This document shows positions 1-11,000 of a DNA stretch of 64,000 nt, in pieces. The DNA is from an uncultured Kiritimatiellota bacterium (GTDB lineage: Bacteria > Verrucomicrobiota > Kiritimatiellia > RFP12 > DVOR01). How positions within the stretch are numbered: the stretch's first letter is position 1; each line of letters begins with the position of its first letter. The notes under the pieces were generated by a model. That model ran no database searches. It had not been told where the DNA came from and was given only the letters and a program-made list of their open reading frames with translations. Location: the NCBI GenBank assembly GCA_944391055.1, contig CALXSF010000004.1:16481-80480 (forward strand). The letters are read 5' to 3'. A program made the translations under genes and the position numbers.

Positions 1-757
1 CGAGCGCCGCGGCCTTGACCGTGGCGCAGAGCCCGGCAAGGATCAGGCGCTTGGCGCGTTCCAGGCGGCAATGCTCCACATAGGCCATCGGCGCCATGCC
101 AAAGGCGGCTCGGAAACGATGGGAGAAGTGCGAGACGGACATATGGAAATGCGCGGCGAGCGCCTCCGTGGTGAGGGGGCGGTCGCACTGGCTGGCCAGG
201 AAGGCGCGCGCCTCCCGCACGAAGCCGTCGTCCTTTGGGGTCAGCCCCTCCCCGCGCGCCTCGCGCGAGCAAAAAAGGAGCGCGCGCTCCAGCAGGTTCA
301 TGGCCATCGTGTCGCCGAAGGCGTTGTCCTGCGCGGCCCAATCGACGCACTCCAAAAGTGTTTGGCGGACGCGCCGGCGCGTCGGCAAGACCGCCTCCCG
401 CAAATCCAACAGGCGCACGCCGCGCCCGAAGTCGGCGGGGGGCAGCTCCAACAAGCCGCGCCTGAACCAATCGTTCGCGGGGAAGAAGTGAACCCACAGG
501 AAATCCCACGTCTCGCCCGGCCAGGCGCGATAGCCTTGCGTGACGCCGGGCGGGAAGAGCGCCACGGCCTCCCGCTCCAGCCGGAACGGGCGCTCGCCGG
601 CGTGGATGCGCCCAAAGCCGCCGAGCGTAATCAGCAACAGCCAGTCGTCGCGCCCCTCCGGGCGCTCCACGAAATAGCCTTGGTTCGGGAAGATATGGTA
701 ATGCCCGCCGATGATTTGCGGGAAGACGGTTCGGGAACTTTGGATAACGACTGCCAT
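1..757 (-). CDS. AraC-family transcriptional regulator (3' end runs off the window)
   Basis: Not in the ORF track; read manually on the minus strand from ATG at 757: MAVVIQSSRTVFPQIIGGHYHIFPNQGYFVERPEGRDDWLLLITLGGFG...WDFLWVHF (AraC-like sugar-binding domain) and ...MSVSHFSHRFRAAFGMAPMAYVEHCRLERAKRLI (AraC HTH). Divergent from the glycosidase cluster. Confidence 0.88.
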   Translation of the reverse strand, partial: MAVVIQSSRTVFPQIIGGHYHIFPNQGYFVERPEGRDDWLLLITLGGFGRIHAGERPFRLEREAVALFPPGVTQGYRAWPGETWDFLWVHFFPANDWFRRGLLELPPADFGRGVRLLDLREAVLPTRRRVRQTLLECVDWAAQDNAFGDTMAMNLLERALLFCSREARGEGLTPKDDGFVREARAFLASQCDRPLTTEALAAHFHMSVSHFSHRFRAAFGMAPMAYVEHCRLERAKRLILAGLCATVKAAAL

Positions 758-970
758 AGTAGAATCATTGTAACATCCCTTCGCGGCCCGAAAAGGGCGA
801 AAAGGCGCGAAAGCGCCGGGTGGGGCCTTCGGTACGCAGCAGAATCGTCCCTGTATACAACAGTTTTGTCCCACTCATTGCGCTTGAGTGACGGCGCCGC
901 GGGCATGGTATACTGACACCGTGCGCGGGGCGTCCCGCGGAAGAAGCGACATGACAAACGGGAGAACCGC

Positions 971-3900
971 ATGAAAATCCTCGTTGCGACGACAGTGGCG
1001 GCGCTTGGCCTGACAGGCGGGCTTTTCGCCCAGAACCGCGGGCCGGAGGCCTATCGGGACGCGCCTGACTGGGAGAACCCCTACGTGACGCAGATCGACC
1101 GCCTGCCGTCGCGCGCCGTGCTGACGCCCTTCGACACGGCCGAGGAGGCGCTCCGCAACGCGGCGCTGGAGATTGGGCGCGACCGCTCGCCCTACATCCG
1201 GATGCTCGACGGCACGTGGAAGTTCGGATGGGCCAAGCGGCCGGAGGAGCGCGCCAAGGATTTCTGGAAGCCCGACTTCGACGTCTCTGGTTGGGCGGAC
1301 ATCGCGGTTCCGGGGTGCTGGCAGGTCCAGGGCGACTACGACCCGCCGATCTACACCAACAGCCGCTACCCGCACGCGAACAAACCGCCTTACATCATGG
1401 CGGATCCTCCCAAGGATTACACCGCCTTTGTCTATCGCAACCCCGTGGGCAGCTACCGGCGCGACTTCGAGCTGCCGACGGCGTGGCAGGGGCGGCGCAT
1501 CGTGCTGCACTTCGACGGCGTCGGCTCGGCGGCCTACGTTTGGGTGAACGGTCGCCGGGTCGGCTACACCGAGGACTCGAAGCTCCCCGCGGAGTTCGAC
1601 GTCACGGCGGCGGTGCGTCCGGGACGCAACGTCCTGGCCGTGGAGGTCTACCGTTGGAGCGACGGCTCCTATCTGGAGGATCAGGACTTCTGGCGCATGA
1701 GCGGCATCCACCGCTCCGTCTGGCTCTACGCCGAGAAGCCCGCCGGCCTGCGTGACTACGTGGCGACCATCGACCTCGCGGGGGCCGACGGCGTCCTCAC
1801 CGTGCGGCCCGAGATCGACGGCGGCGCGCAGGTGTCCATGAGCCTCTACGACGGTGGCGCCAAGGTGGGCGATCTGAAGGACGGCGTCCTCACCGTGCGG
1901 GACGTCAAGCCCTGGACCGCCGAGACGCCCCACCTCTACACCCTCCTCTTCGCCGTCACCTCCGCCGGCAAGACGGAATACATCGCCCGCCCCGTCGGCT
2001 TCCGAACCGTGGCGATCGCGGACGGCCTGCTGAAGGTGAACGGCAAACGCATCCTGCTCAAGGGCGTCAACCGCCACGAGGTCGGCCCCACCTGCGGCTA
2101 TGTCATCACCCGCGACGAGATGATCGCCGAGATCCGCGAGATGAAGGCCATGAACATCAACGCCGTGCGCACCAGCCACTACCCCAACGCCACCGATTGG
2201 TATGACCTCTGCGATAAGTACGGCCTTTACCTGGTGTGCGACGCGAACATCGAGGCCCACGGGAACGAGGCCATCGCGAAGGCCCCCGACTTCCGCCTTC
2301 ACCATCTGGAGCGCAGCACGCGCATGATCCTGCGCGACCGCAACCACCCGAGCGTCCTGGTCTGGTCGATGGGCAACGAATCCGGCTTCGGCGCCAACTT
2401 TGAGGCCGTCTATGCCGCCAACAAGGCGCTCGACCCCACGCGGCCAACGCAGTATGAGCGCACCTGGGGCGACTGCTCCGACATCATCTGCCCAATGTAT
2501 GTCTGGCCGGGGAACATGGAGAAATACGCCAAGGGCAACCCCAAGAAGCCCTACGTGCAGCAGGAGTACGCCCACGCGATGGGCAACTCCACGGGCGACC
2601 TGAGGGCCTACTGGGACTTGATACGCAAGTATCCCTGCCTGCAAGGCGGCTTCATCTGGGACTGGCGCGACCAAGCTCAGTGGAAGGCGCGCCCCGACGG
2701 CAAAGGCAAGTTCCTCGCCTATGGCGGCGACTACGGCGACAAACCCAACGACGACAACTTCAACTGCAACGGCCTCGTCGCCGCCGACCGCCAGTGGCAC
2801 CCCGGCGCCTACGACGTCCGCACCGTCTACCAGAATCTCCACTTCTCCGCCTTCGATTGGGCCAAGGGCACCGTCCGGATCGCCAGCGAGTTCGCCTTCC
2901 GCGACACCGCCGCCATGACCGGCGCCTGGGAGCTCGTCGGCCCGCACGGCACGCTCGCCAAGGGCGCGCTCGCCCCCGGCGCCATCGCCCCCGGCGCCTC
3001 CGCCACCGTCGCCCTCCAGGGTTGGGACGCCACGAAGGCCGATGGCCCCGGCGAACGCTTCGTCACGCTGCGCCTCTTCGATGCGCCTGCGCCCGTCGAG
3101 AAGCCCGTCCAGGTGGCCGACGCGCAGTTCGCCAAGGCCCAGCCCCAGGCGCTCCCCATCATGACCGACCGGATGCTTCGCCGCTGGCAGGTCGCCGACG
3201 GGGCCGACGGCACGGTCACGCTCTCCGCCGCCGGTGCGCAGGCCGCCTTCGACAAGGCCAGCGGCCTGCTCACAGCCCTCACCCTCGGCGGCAAGCCCGT
3301 CATCGTCGAGCCCCTGCGCCCCAACTTTTGGCGTCCGCCGACGGACAACGACCGCGGCTTCAACATGGCCAAGCGCATGGGCGTCTGGCGCGACGCCGGC
3401 CGCGACGCCAAGTGCGTCGCCTTCGAGGCCAAGGCCGAGCCCAGCGGCGCCGCCACCGTCGCCACCGCCTTCGAGCTCCCCGCCAAAGGCAAGGACGGCG
3501 CCCCCTCCACCCTCCGCCTGACCTACACGTTCGCCACGAACGGGCTCGTGACCGTGGACTTCGCCTTCACGGCGGCCGCGGGCCTGCCCGACATCCCGCG
3601 CATCGGCGTCACCTTCGGCGTGCCCAAGGCGATGGACACGGTCGAATGGTTTGGCCGCGGCCCCCACGAGAACATGCCTGACCGGAAAGAAAGCGCCTAC
3701 GTCGGCCATTACGCGATGGGGATCGCCGCGCTCAACGACTCCCACTACGTCCAAAACACCGAGCTCGGCTACCGCACCGACGTCCGCCGCGTGGCCCTCT
3801 CCGGCGGCGGCGCCCGGCTGGCCGTCCACGGCGACCCGCTCATCTGCTTCAATGTCTGGCCGTGGACCGCGGAGACGCTTTGCGACGACGCCAAGCCCCA

Positions 3901-4060
3901 CCCCTACCAATGGGCCGAGGCGCCCTACAACACCGTGAACATCGACCTGACGCAATTCGGCGCCGGCGGCGTGAACTCTTGGGGCGCCCAGCCCTTCGAC
4001 CACGTCAAGCCCAAGTCCGGCCGGGACTATTCCTATCGTTTCACCCTCAGCCCCCGCTGA
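971..4060 (+). CDS. lacZ: GH2 beta-galactosidase (LacZ-like), secreted
   Basis: Signal peptide; PDWENP, LKGVNRHE, NAVRTSHYP, WSMGNES (acid/base), QEYAHAMGNS (nucleophile), GGFIWDW; C-terminal beta-galactosidase small-chain domain (WFGRGPHEN). Confidence 0.92.
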   Translation: MKILVATTVAALGLTGGLFAQNRGPEAYRDAPDWENPYVTQIDRLPSRAVLTPFDTAEEALRNAALEIGRDRSPYIRMLDGTWKFGWAKRPEERAKDFWKPDFDVSGWADIAVPGCWQVQGDYDPPIYTNSRYPHANKPPYIMADPPKDYTAFVYRNPVGSYRRDFELPTAWQGRRIVLHFDGVGSAAYVWVNGRRVGYTEDSKLPAEFDVTAAVRPGRNVLAVEVYRWSDGSYLEDQDFWRMSGIHRSVWLYAEKPAGLRDYVATIDLAGADGVLTVRPEIDGGAQVSMSLYDGGAKVGDLKDGVLTVRDVKPWTAETPHLYTLLFAVTSAGKTEYIARPVGFRTVAIADGLLKVNGKRILLKGVNRHEVGPTCGYVITRDEMIAEIREMKAMNINAVRTSHYPNATDWYDLCDKYGLYLVCDANIEAHGNEAIAKAPDFRLHHLERSTRMILRDRNHPSVLVWSMGNESGFGANFEAVYAANKALDPTRPTQYERTWGDCSDIICPMYVWPGNMEKYAKGNPKKPYVQQEYAHAMGNSTGDLRAYWDLIRKYPCLQGGFIWDWRDQAQWKARPDGKGKFLAYGGDYGDKPNDDNFNCNGLVAADRQWHPGAYDVRTVYQNLHFSAFDWAKGTVRIASEFAFRDTAAMTGAWELVGPHGTLAKGALAPGAIAPGASATVALQGWDATKADGPGERFVTLRLFDAPAPVEKPVQVADAQFAKAQPQALPIMTDRMLRRWQVADGADGTVTLSAAGAQAAFDKASGLLTALTLGGKPVIVEPLRPNFWRPPTDNDRGFNMAKRMGVWRDAGRDAKCVAFEAKAEPSGAATVATAFELPAKGKDGAPSTLRLTYTFATNGLVTVDFAFTAAAGLPDIPRIGVTFGVPKAMDTVEWFGRGPHENMPDRKESAYVGHYAMGIAALNDSHYVQNTELGYRTDVRRVALSGGGARLAVHGDPLICFNVWPWTAETLCDDAKPHPYQWAEAPYNTVNIDLTQFGAGGVNSWGAQPFDHVKPKSGRDYSYRFTLSPR

Positions 4061-4072
4061 GCCCACACGCCC

Positions 4073-5659
4073 ATGAGACCGCACGCCTTCCTTGCCGGCC
4101 TGGCCGCCGCCCCAGCCCTCTGGGGCGCGGCCCCCCCCAACCTCATCCCCTCCGAGCCCAACCAGGCCTCGCCCAGCTACGTCTGCACGTGGGCCTGTCA
4201 GGACTGGTACGCCCACAACCGCCTGAAGGGGCAGGGTTTTTCCCCAAGGGACACCCTCAACCACGAGCAGCTCTTCGGGGAAAAGGGATGGGCCAAGACC
4301 TTCTATCCCGACCTCCGCGGCGACCTCATCTATCTGCTTGACGACGGCTGGGACCTCCCCAAAGGCAAGACCGACACCTTCGGCAGCCTGGAGGTCCACC
4401 CCTCCAAGTTCCCCGGATACGGCGACACCCCCGCCGAGCGCCTGAAGACCTTGGTGCGCAACGTGAAGGCCGCCGGCTGGAAAGGGTGCGGCATCTGGAT
4501 TTGCGCCAGCGAGAAACCCGGCACGAAAGGCCCCCGCCTCAACGAGGCCTACTGGCGCGAACGCTTGGAATGGAGCCGCGACGCGGGCGTCGCCTACTGG
4601 AAGATCGACTGGGGCAAACATTCCGGCGACGAGGAGTGGCGGCGGATGATCACCCGCTTGGCCGATGAAATCCACCCCGTGCTCGTCATCGAGCACATCA
4701 CCGGCCTCGGCCCCACCGACAACGCCAAGACGACAGGCCGCCTGACCGACGAGCAGGTGCGGCAAAACACGCGGCGCGGCAGCTTCGCGGACGTCTACCG
4801 CACCTACGACGTCACCTCCGCGCTCTCCATCCCCACCACCTTCAATCGCGTCGCCACCCAGTTGGCCCACGGCCACACCGACGGCAAACAGCTGGGGCTG
4901 GTCAACGGCGAGGACGAGGTCCACCTCTGCGCGGCGCTCGGCCTCTGCTTCGGGGTCATGCGTTACCCCATCGGCGACGAGCCCGCCGGCAGCCTCCCCA
5001 ACATCTTCTTCGGCGGCGGCGACAACGCCTACACCGCCACGCGCCCCCTCCGCAAGATGGCCGACGAGGTGCGCCACGCCGTCCTTTGGGCGCGCATCGC
5101 CCCGCCCTTCCGCGTGGATGCCTCCGAGACCAAACTCTCCGACACGGTCTTGGCCGACAGTTGGCGCTTCTCGAAGGGCGACAACTGGGACAAATCCCTG
5201 TTCGGCAAAGTCATCATCCAACGCGCCCCCGCCGCCATCGCCCGCGGCACGGCGCTCCCCGTCGTCACCCAGACGAACCCCGACGAGCCGCTCCCCTACG
5301 TCTCCGTCTGCCGCTTCCCCAACGGCGCCACCGCCGTCGGCGCCTATGGCCGCGTCTCCCCGGAAAGTGGCTACCGGAAGGCACGTGCGCGCGTGGCCGC
5401 CCAGACCGGCCGCCCCGAGGCGCCCATCGGCGTCTTCGGGGTCTTCGACACGCTGACGCTCACCTTCGAGGCCCCAGTCGAAGGGCGGACGCTGTGGGCA
5501 CAGAGCCTCATGGGGACCGCCCCGGCCAAGGACATCACCCAATCGGTGACGCTCCAAGGCAACACGCTGACGATCCCTGGGGCGCTTCTGGAGACGATTG
5601 GCGCCGAGGGCGCCACGGAGCCCTTCTCCGAGCCCGCCGCCGTGCTCAGTCTCCGCTGA
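4073..5659 (+). CDS. Secreted TIM-barrel glycoside hydrolase, clan GH-D-like (GH27/GH36-related), family uncertain
   Basis: Signal peptide; LLDDGWD, GCGIW, YWKIDWG and DVYRTYDV resemble GH27/36 motifs; lies inside a glycosidase operon. Confidence 0.6.
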   Translation: MRPHAFLAGLAAAPALWGAAPPNLIPSEPNQASPSYVCTWACQDWYAHNRLKGQGFSPRDTLNHEQLFGEKGWAKTFYPDLRGDLIYLLDDGWDLPKGKTDTFGSLEVHPSKFPGYGDTPAERLKTLVRNVKAAGWKGCGIWICASEKPGTKGPRLNEAYWRERLEWSRDAGVAYWKIDWGKHSGDEEWRRMITRLADEIHPVLVIEHITGLGPTDNAKTTGRLTDEQVRQNTRRGSFADVYRTYDVTSALSIPTTFNRVATQLAHGHTDGKQLGLVNGEDEVHLCAALGLCFGVMRYPIGDEPAGSLPNIFFGGGDNAYTATRPLRKMADEVRHAVLWARIAPPFRVDASETKLSDTVLADSWRFSKGDNWDKSLFGKVIIQRAPAAIARGTALPVVTQTNPDEPLPYVSVCRFPNGATAVGAYGRVSPESGYRKARARVAAQTGRPEAPIGVFGVFDTLTLTFEAPVEGRTLWAQSLMGTAPAKDITQSVTLQGNTLTIPGALLETIGAEGATEPFSEPAAVLSLR

Positions 5660-5703
5660 CAAAACCAATCCTGCCCGATGTCAAACTCAAAGGGAAACAC
5701 CCC

Positions 5704-8001
5704 ATGAAACTGCTGTCCACCCTGTTCTGCGCCGCCCTGCTGGCGCTCTCCGTCCGCGCCGCCGAGACCTTCGAGGTCGGGAAAGGCGCCTTCCTGCTCA
5801 ACGGCAAACCCTTCATCGTCAAGGCCGCGGAGGTCCATTACCCGCGCATCCCCGAGGCCTACTGGGAGCACCGCATCCAGATGTGCAAGGCCCTGGGCAT
5901 GAACACGCTCTGCCTCTACGTCTTCTGGAACTTTCACGAGCGCACGCCCGGCGACTTCGACTTCTCCGGCAACGGCGACGTGGCCAAGTTCTGCCGCCTG
6001 GCCCAGAAGCACGGGCTCTACGTCATCGTCCGGCCCGGCCCCTATGTCTGCGCCGAATGGGAGATGGGCGGGCTGCCGTGGTGGCTCCTCAAGAAGGAGG
6101 GCATCCGCCTCCGCACCAATGACCCCTACTACCTTGAGCGCGTGGGCCTCTTCCTCAAGCGCCTCGGGCAGGAGCTTGCCCCCCTCCAGCTCGCCCGCGG
6201 CGGCAACATCATCATGGTGCAGGTGGAGAACGAATACGGCGCCTACGCCACCGACAAGGCCCACGTCGCCAAGATCCGCGACCTTGTCCGCGAGGCCGGC
6301 TTCACCGACGTCCCCCTCTTCCAGTGCGACTGGAGCAGCACCTTCCAGCGCAACGGCCTGGACGACCTGCTCTGGACCATCAACTTCGGCACGGGCGCGG
6401 ACATCGACAGCCAGTTCAAGGCCCTCAAGGCCGCCCGTCCCGACAGCCCGCTCATGTGCAGCGAGTTTTGGAGCGGCTGGTTCGACCACTGGGGCCGCCG
6501 CCACGAGACCCGGAACGCCGACGCCATGGTGCGCGGCATCCGCGACATGCTCGAGCGCGGCATCTCCTTCAGCCTCTACATGACCCACGGCGGCACTACC
6601 TTCGGCTGGTGGGGCGGCGCCAACAACCCCGCCTACTCCGCCATGTGCTCCTCCTACGACTACGACGCCCCCATCAGCGAGGCCGGCCACGTCACCCCCA
6701 AGTTCGACAAACTCCGCGCCCTCCTCCAATCCCACGCCCAGGCGCCCCTCCCCGAGCCGCCCGCCCCGTTCCCGGTCGTCACCGTGCCGACCTTCGCCCT
6801 CGACCGCGCCGTCTCCCTCTTTGACGCCCTCCCCGAGCCCAAGGCCTCCGAGGCCATCCGCCCCATGGAGGCCTTCGACCAAGGCTGGGGGGCCATCCTC
6901 TACGCCACCCGCCTCCCCCGCGCCGCCAAGAAGAGCGAGACCCTCGCCATCGACGAGGTGCACGACTGGGCCCAGGTCTTCGCCGACGGCCGCCTCCTCG
7001 CCCGCCTCGACCGCCGCAAAAAAGAGTTCGCCCTCACCCTCCCCGCCGACCTGCCCGCCGGTACGAAACTCGAGATCCTCGTCGAGGCGATGGGGCGCGT
7101 GAACTTCGGCGGCTCCATCCACGACCGCAAGGGCATCACCCGCCAAGTCCGCCTCGGCGAGGACGTCCTCACCGGCTGGCAGGTCTTCAACCTCCCGCCC
7201 GAGCACGCCTTCGCCGCCGCCAAGGCCGCCAAGCCCGGCGCGCACCCCTCCGGCCCCGCCTATTGGGTCGGCGCCTTCACCCTCGACGCCGTCGGCGACA
7301 CCTTCCTTGACCTCCGCGACTGGGGCAAGGGCATGGTCTGGGTCAATGGCCACGCGCTCGGCCGCTTCTGGGAGATCGGCCCCCAGCAGACCCTCTTCCT
7401 CCCCGGCTGCTGGCTCCGGAAGGGGCGCAACGAGGTCATCGTCCTCGACCTCAAAGGCCCCCGCTCCCCCACCCTGCGCGGACTGGACAGGCCGATCCTC
7501 GACCAACTGCGCGGGAACCTCTCCGACACCCACCGCAAACCCGGCCAAACCCTCGACCTCTCCGGCGAGGCCCCCGTGGCCGAGGCCACCCTCAAGGCGG
7601 GCGGCGGCTGGCAGACCCTCGCCTTCCCCGCCCCCGTCAAGGGCCGCTATCTCTGCCTCGAGCTCCGCTCCGTCTGGAAAGAAGGGCCCGCCGCCATCGC
7701 CGAGCTCGACCTGCTCGGCCCCGACGGCAAGCCCCTGCCCCGCGAGGAATGGCGGGCGCTTTACGCCGATTCCGAGGAGACCCGCTCCGCCAACGCCACC
7801 GCCGACAAGGTCTACGACCTCCAGGAGTCGACCTTCTGGCAGACCGCCCCCGAGGCGAAGGCCCCCCACGCGATCGTCCTTGACCTCGGCGCCGACATCC
7901 AGGCCACCGGCCTGCGGATTCTCCCCCGCGCCGAGAAAGGCGCCCCCGGCCAGCCCAAGGAGTGCCGGGTCTTCCTCAAGGATTCTCCCTTCCGCCTCTG
8001 A
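5704..8001 (+). CDS. GH35 beta-galactosidase with C-terminal F5/8 type C (CBM32-like) domain
   Basis: Start MKLLSTLFCAALLALS; EVHYPRIP, YVFWNFHE, VRPGPYVCAEW, QVENEYG, SEFWSGWFD, SYDYDAP; C-terminal YDLQESTFW...HAIVLDLG discoidin-like module. Confidence 0.92.
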   Translation: MKLLSTLFCAALLALSVRAAETFEVGKGAFLLNGKPFIVKAAEVHYPRIPEAYWEHRIQMCKALGMNTLCLYVFWNFHERTPGDFDFSGNGDVAKFCRLAQKHGLYVIVRPGPYVCAEWEMGGLPWWLLKKEGIRLRTNDPYYLERVGLFLKRLGQELAPLQLARGGNIIMVQVENEYGAYATDKAHVAKIRDLVREAGFTDVPLFQCDWSSTFQRNGLDDLLWTINFGTGADIDSQFKALKAARPDSPLMCSEFWSGWFDHWGRRHETRNADAMVRGIRDMLERGISFSLYMTHGGTTFGWWGGANNPAYSAMCSSYDYDAPISEAGHVTPKFDKLRALLQSHAQAPLPEPPAPFPVVTVPTFALDRAVSLFDALPEPKASEAIRPMEAFDQGWGAILYATRLPRAAKKSETLAIDEVHDWAQVFADGRLLARLDRRKKEFALTLPADLPAGTKLEILVEAMGRVNFGGSIHDRKGITRQVRLGEDVLTGWQVFNLPPEHAFAAAKAAKPGAHPSGPAYWVGAFTLDAVGDTFLDLRDWGKGMVWVNGHALGRFWEIGPQQTLFLPGCWLRKGRNEVIVLDLKGPRSPTLRGLDRPILDQLRGNLSDTHRKPGQTLDLSGEAPVAEATLKAGGGWQTLAFPAPVKGRYLCLELRSVWKEGPAAIAELDLLGPDGKPLPREEWRALYADSEETRSANATADKVYDLQESTFWQTAPEAKAPHAIVLDLGADIQATGLRILPRAEKGAPGQPKECRVFLKDSPFRL

Positions 8002-8018
8002 CCGTTCAGGAGCAGCCC

Positions 8019-11000
8019 ATGAAAACCCTGCACACACTCTGCCTTGCCCTCGCCGCGCCGGCCGCCCTCGCCGCGCCCGTCTGGCCGGAAATCCAGCTGC
8101 CCCCGGCGCCCACCCAGCTCCCCGGCGTCGCCCAACCCGAGCTCTCGCTCAACGAGACCTCGGGCGACGGCACGTGGTCCTTCCTCTTGGATGTGCCGGA
8201 CTTCCGGGCCTCCGGCATCCCCCGCCCCGACGCGGGCTGGCAGGACTTCGACTTCGCGGCGTGGGCGGGGCGCGACTGGCGGCCGGTCAAAGTCCCCGGC
8301 GAATTGGCCATGCAGGGCTTCGACATCAAGAACAACGAGGAATACTACTACCGCCGCCAGGTCACCGTCCCCGCGGACTGGGCCGGGCGGCGCATCCTCC
8401 TTCGCTTCGACGGCGTCTACTCCAACGCCCGCGTCTGGGTCGGTTCCCGCCACGTCCGCAACCACGTCGGCGGGTTCACCACGTGGGATTGCGATCTCAC
8501 AGAACTGGTTCGCCCCGGCGAGCCCTTCACCCTCACCGTCGGCGTCGCGGATCTCCAGGCCAAGGACGTCGGCCTTTGGAACCCCGAGGGCAAGCCCGTC
8601 AAGAACCCCTCCAACGCCTCCGAATACGCCCACCACAACATCGGCGGCATCCTCCGCGACGTCGCCCTCGTCGCCCTCCCGCAAACCCATCTCGCCGACA
8701 TCGAGCTCGAGACCGACCTCGACGCCGCCTTCCGCGACGCCACGCTCACCGTCCGCGCCGCCCTCAACCCCACCGCCCCCAAAGCCACCCTCCGCCTCGA
8801 GGTCCTCGACGGCGACGCCCTCCTCGCCTCCGCCCAGACCGACCTTGACGGCGCGGCCCCCGCCACCCTCGCCCTCCCCGTCAAGGCCCCGCGCCTCTGG
8901 GACGCCGAGCATCCCCACCTCCACACCCTCCGCGCCACCCTCGCCCAGGATGGCCAAACGCTCCAGGTGAACGAGCTGCCCTTCGGCTTTCGGGAGATCA
9001 CCTTCGCCGGGCGCGACGGCACCGACGCCAACAAGATCTACGTCAACGGCCGCCCCGTCCGCCTCCGCGGCACCTGCCGCCACGACGTCTCCCCCACCTT
9101 GGGCCGCTCCATGACCCGTGCCGAGGCCTTCGCCGAGGCCCGCGCCTACAAGGAGGCCAACATCAACTTCATCCGCACCTCTCACTATCCGGCCTCCGAG
9201 CACCTGCTCGACGCCTGCGACTGCCTCGGCATCTACGTCGAGCAAGAGGCCGCCGTCTGCTTCCAAGGCCCCTGGGCCCCCGTCGACAGCGTCTACGACG
9301 ATTACGCCGCGCAGTTCGTGGAGATGGTCGAGCGCGACCGGAACCGCCCTTCCATCATCCTCTGGTCCATCGCCAACGAGAGCCACTACGCCAACGTCGG
9401 CAAGAAACTCACGCGCAACCCCTTCTTGGACGCCCGCGACTACCTCCGCGCCCATGAGCCCACCCGCCCCGTCCTCTTCAGCTGGCCCAACACCGGCTCG
9501 CCCAAAGGCTTCTTCGACGTCTACAGCGAGCACTACGCCAACGTCATGGGCCACATGGGCCGCAAGGACATGCCCCGCCTCCATGACGAATACGCCCACA
9601 TCCCCTGTTACAACCTCGCCGAACTCCGCCGCGACCCCAACGTCCGCAACTTTTGGGGCGAGAGCGTCTGGCACGCTTGGAATCACATCGTCCGCGACGA
9701 CGGCGCCCTCGGCGGCGCGCTTTGGGGCGGCATCGACGACGTCTTCTACCTCCCCGCGAACGTCCCCGAGCGCCACCTCCGCCACTCCGACGGCCCCGTC
9801 GCTGGCTACGGCGAGTGGGGCTCGGTCTTGGACGCCTACCACCGCCCCAAGCCTGAGGCCTGGCTCACCAAAAAAGCCTACTCCCCCGTCCGCCTCGATG
9901 AACGGGCCGCCACGCTGAAGGACGGCACCCTCACCCTTCCCGCCGAGAACCGCTTCGACCACACCGACCTCCGCGAACTGACCGTCGAGGTCGCCGCCGA
10001 CGGCGACGCGCCCCGCCGCCTTCCCTGCCCCGCGCTCGCGCCCCGGGCCAAGGGCCTCCTGACCTTCCAAGGCCTCCCCGCCGCCAAGGCGCTCAACCTC
10101 CGCTTCCGCACCCCCGACGGCATCGTCGTCGAGGAAATCAACCTCGCCTTCGCCCCCACGCCCGTCGAGGCCATCCCCCCCGAGCCTGAGCGTCCCCCAA
10201 CGGTCGTCGAGGGCGACGGCACGCTCACCGTCCGCATGGCCAAGGGCGAGGCCACCTTCGACCATGCCTCCGCCCGGCTGCGCGCCTTTGTCTGGGATGG
10301 CAAAACGCTGCTGACCGGCGGCCCCGACCTCGTCGCCACCGGCGTGCCCCTCGGCGCCTGGCAAGGACGCGCCCTCACCGCCAAGGTCGAGGGCAACCGC
10401 GCCCACGTCGTCCTCGAAGGCGCCTATGCCTGCGGGCTCGAGGTCCGTTTCGACCTCGCCTTCCTCGACGATGGCCGCCTCGACGCCCGTTACACGCTCC
10501 TCTCCGACCCTCCCAAGAACGCCAACCCCTCCGAGGTCGGCCTCGCTTGGCGCCTGCCCGGCGCCGACGCCGTTCGCTGGGAGCGCGCCGCCTTCCACAG
10601 CGCGTACCCCGCCGACCACATCGGGCGCGCCTCGGGCTTCGCCCCCCGCCTCCGCCCCGGCTGCGCCGAGGCCCCCGACCGTTACGGCGTCCGCCCCGCC
10701 TGGCCCTGGAAGGACGATATGCGCAACGCCTTCGTCTTCGCCGCCGACGACCCCAACGACGGCCTGGCCACCAACGACTTCAAGGCCATGCGCGAGGCCA
10801 TCCGCACCTATGACGTCCTCCTCCCCGGCGGCGGCGCGCTCCGCGTCCGCTCGGACGGGCGCTCCCAGGCCGCCCGCGTCTCCGTCGCGGCCGAGCGGAC
10901 CCTCATCGACGACCGCGACCCGCGCGTCCGCCTTTCCCCCGATGGCTGGGCCCATTACGCCTCCGGCGCGGATCACGCCGGCACCGAGACCTACTCCACC

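Noticed and set aside
785-816. Triple CGAAA(A)G repeat and CACTCA/TGAGTG inverted repeat (872-890) in the araC-lacZ intergenic region
   Set aside because: Could be regulator sites but are too short to call without comparative data.
71-916. Plus-strand ORF 71-916
   Set aside because: Antisense to the AraC-family gene on the minus strand, which has clear motifs.
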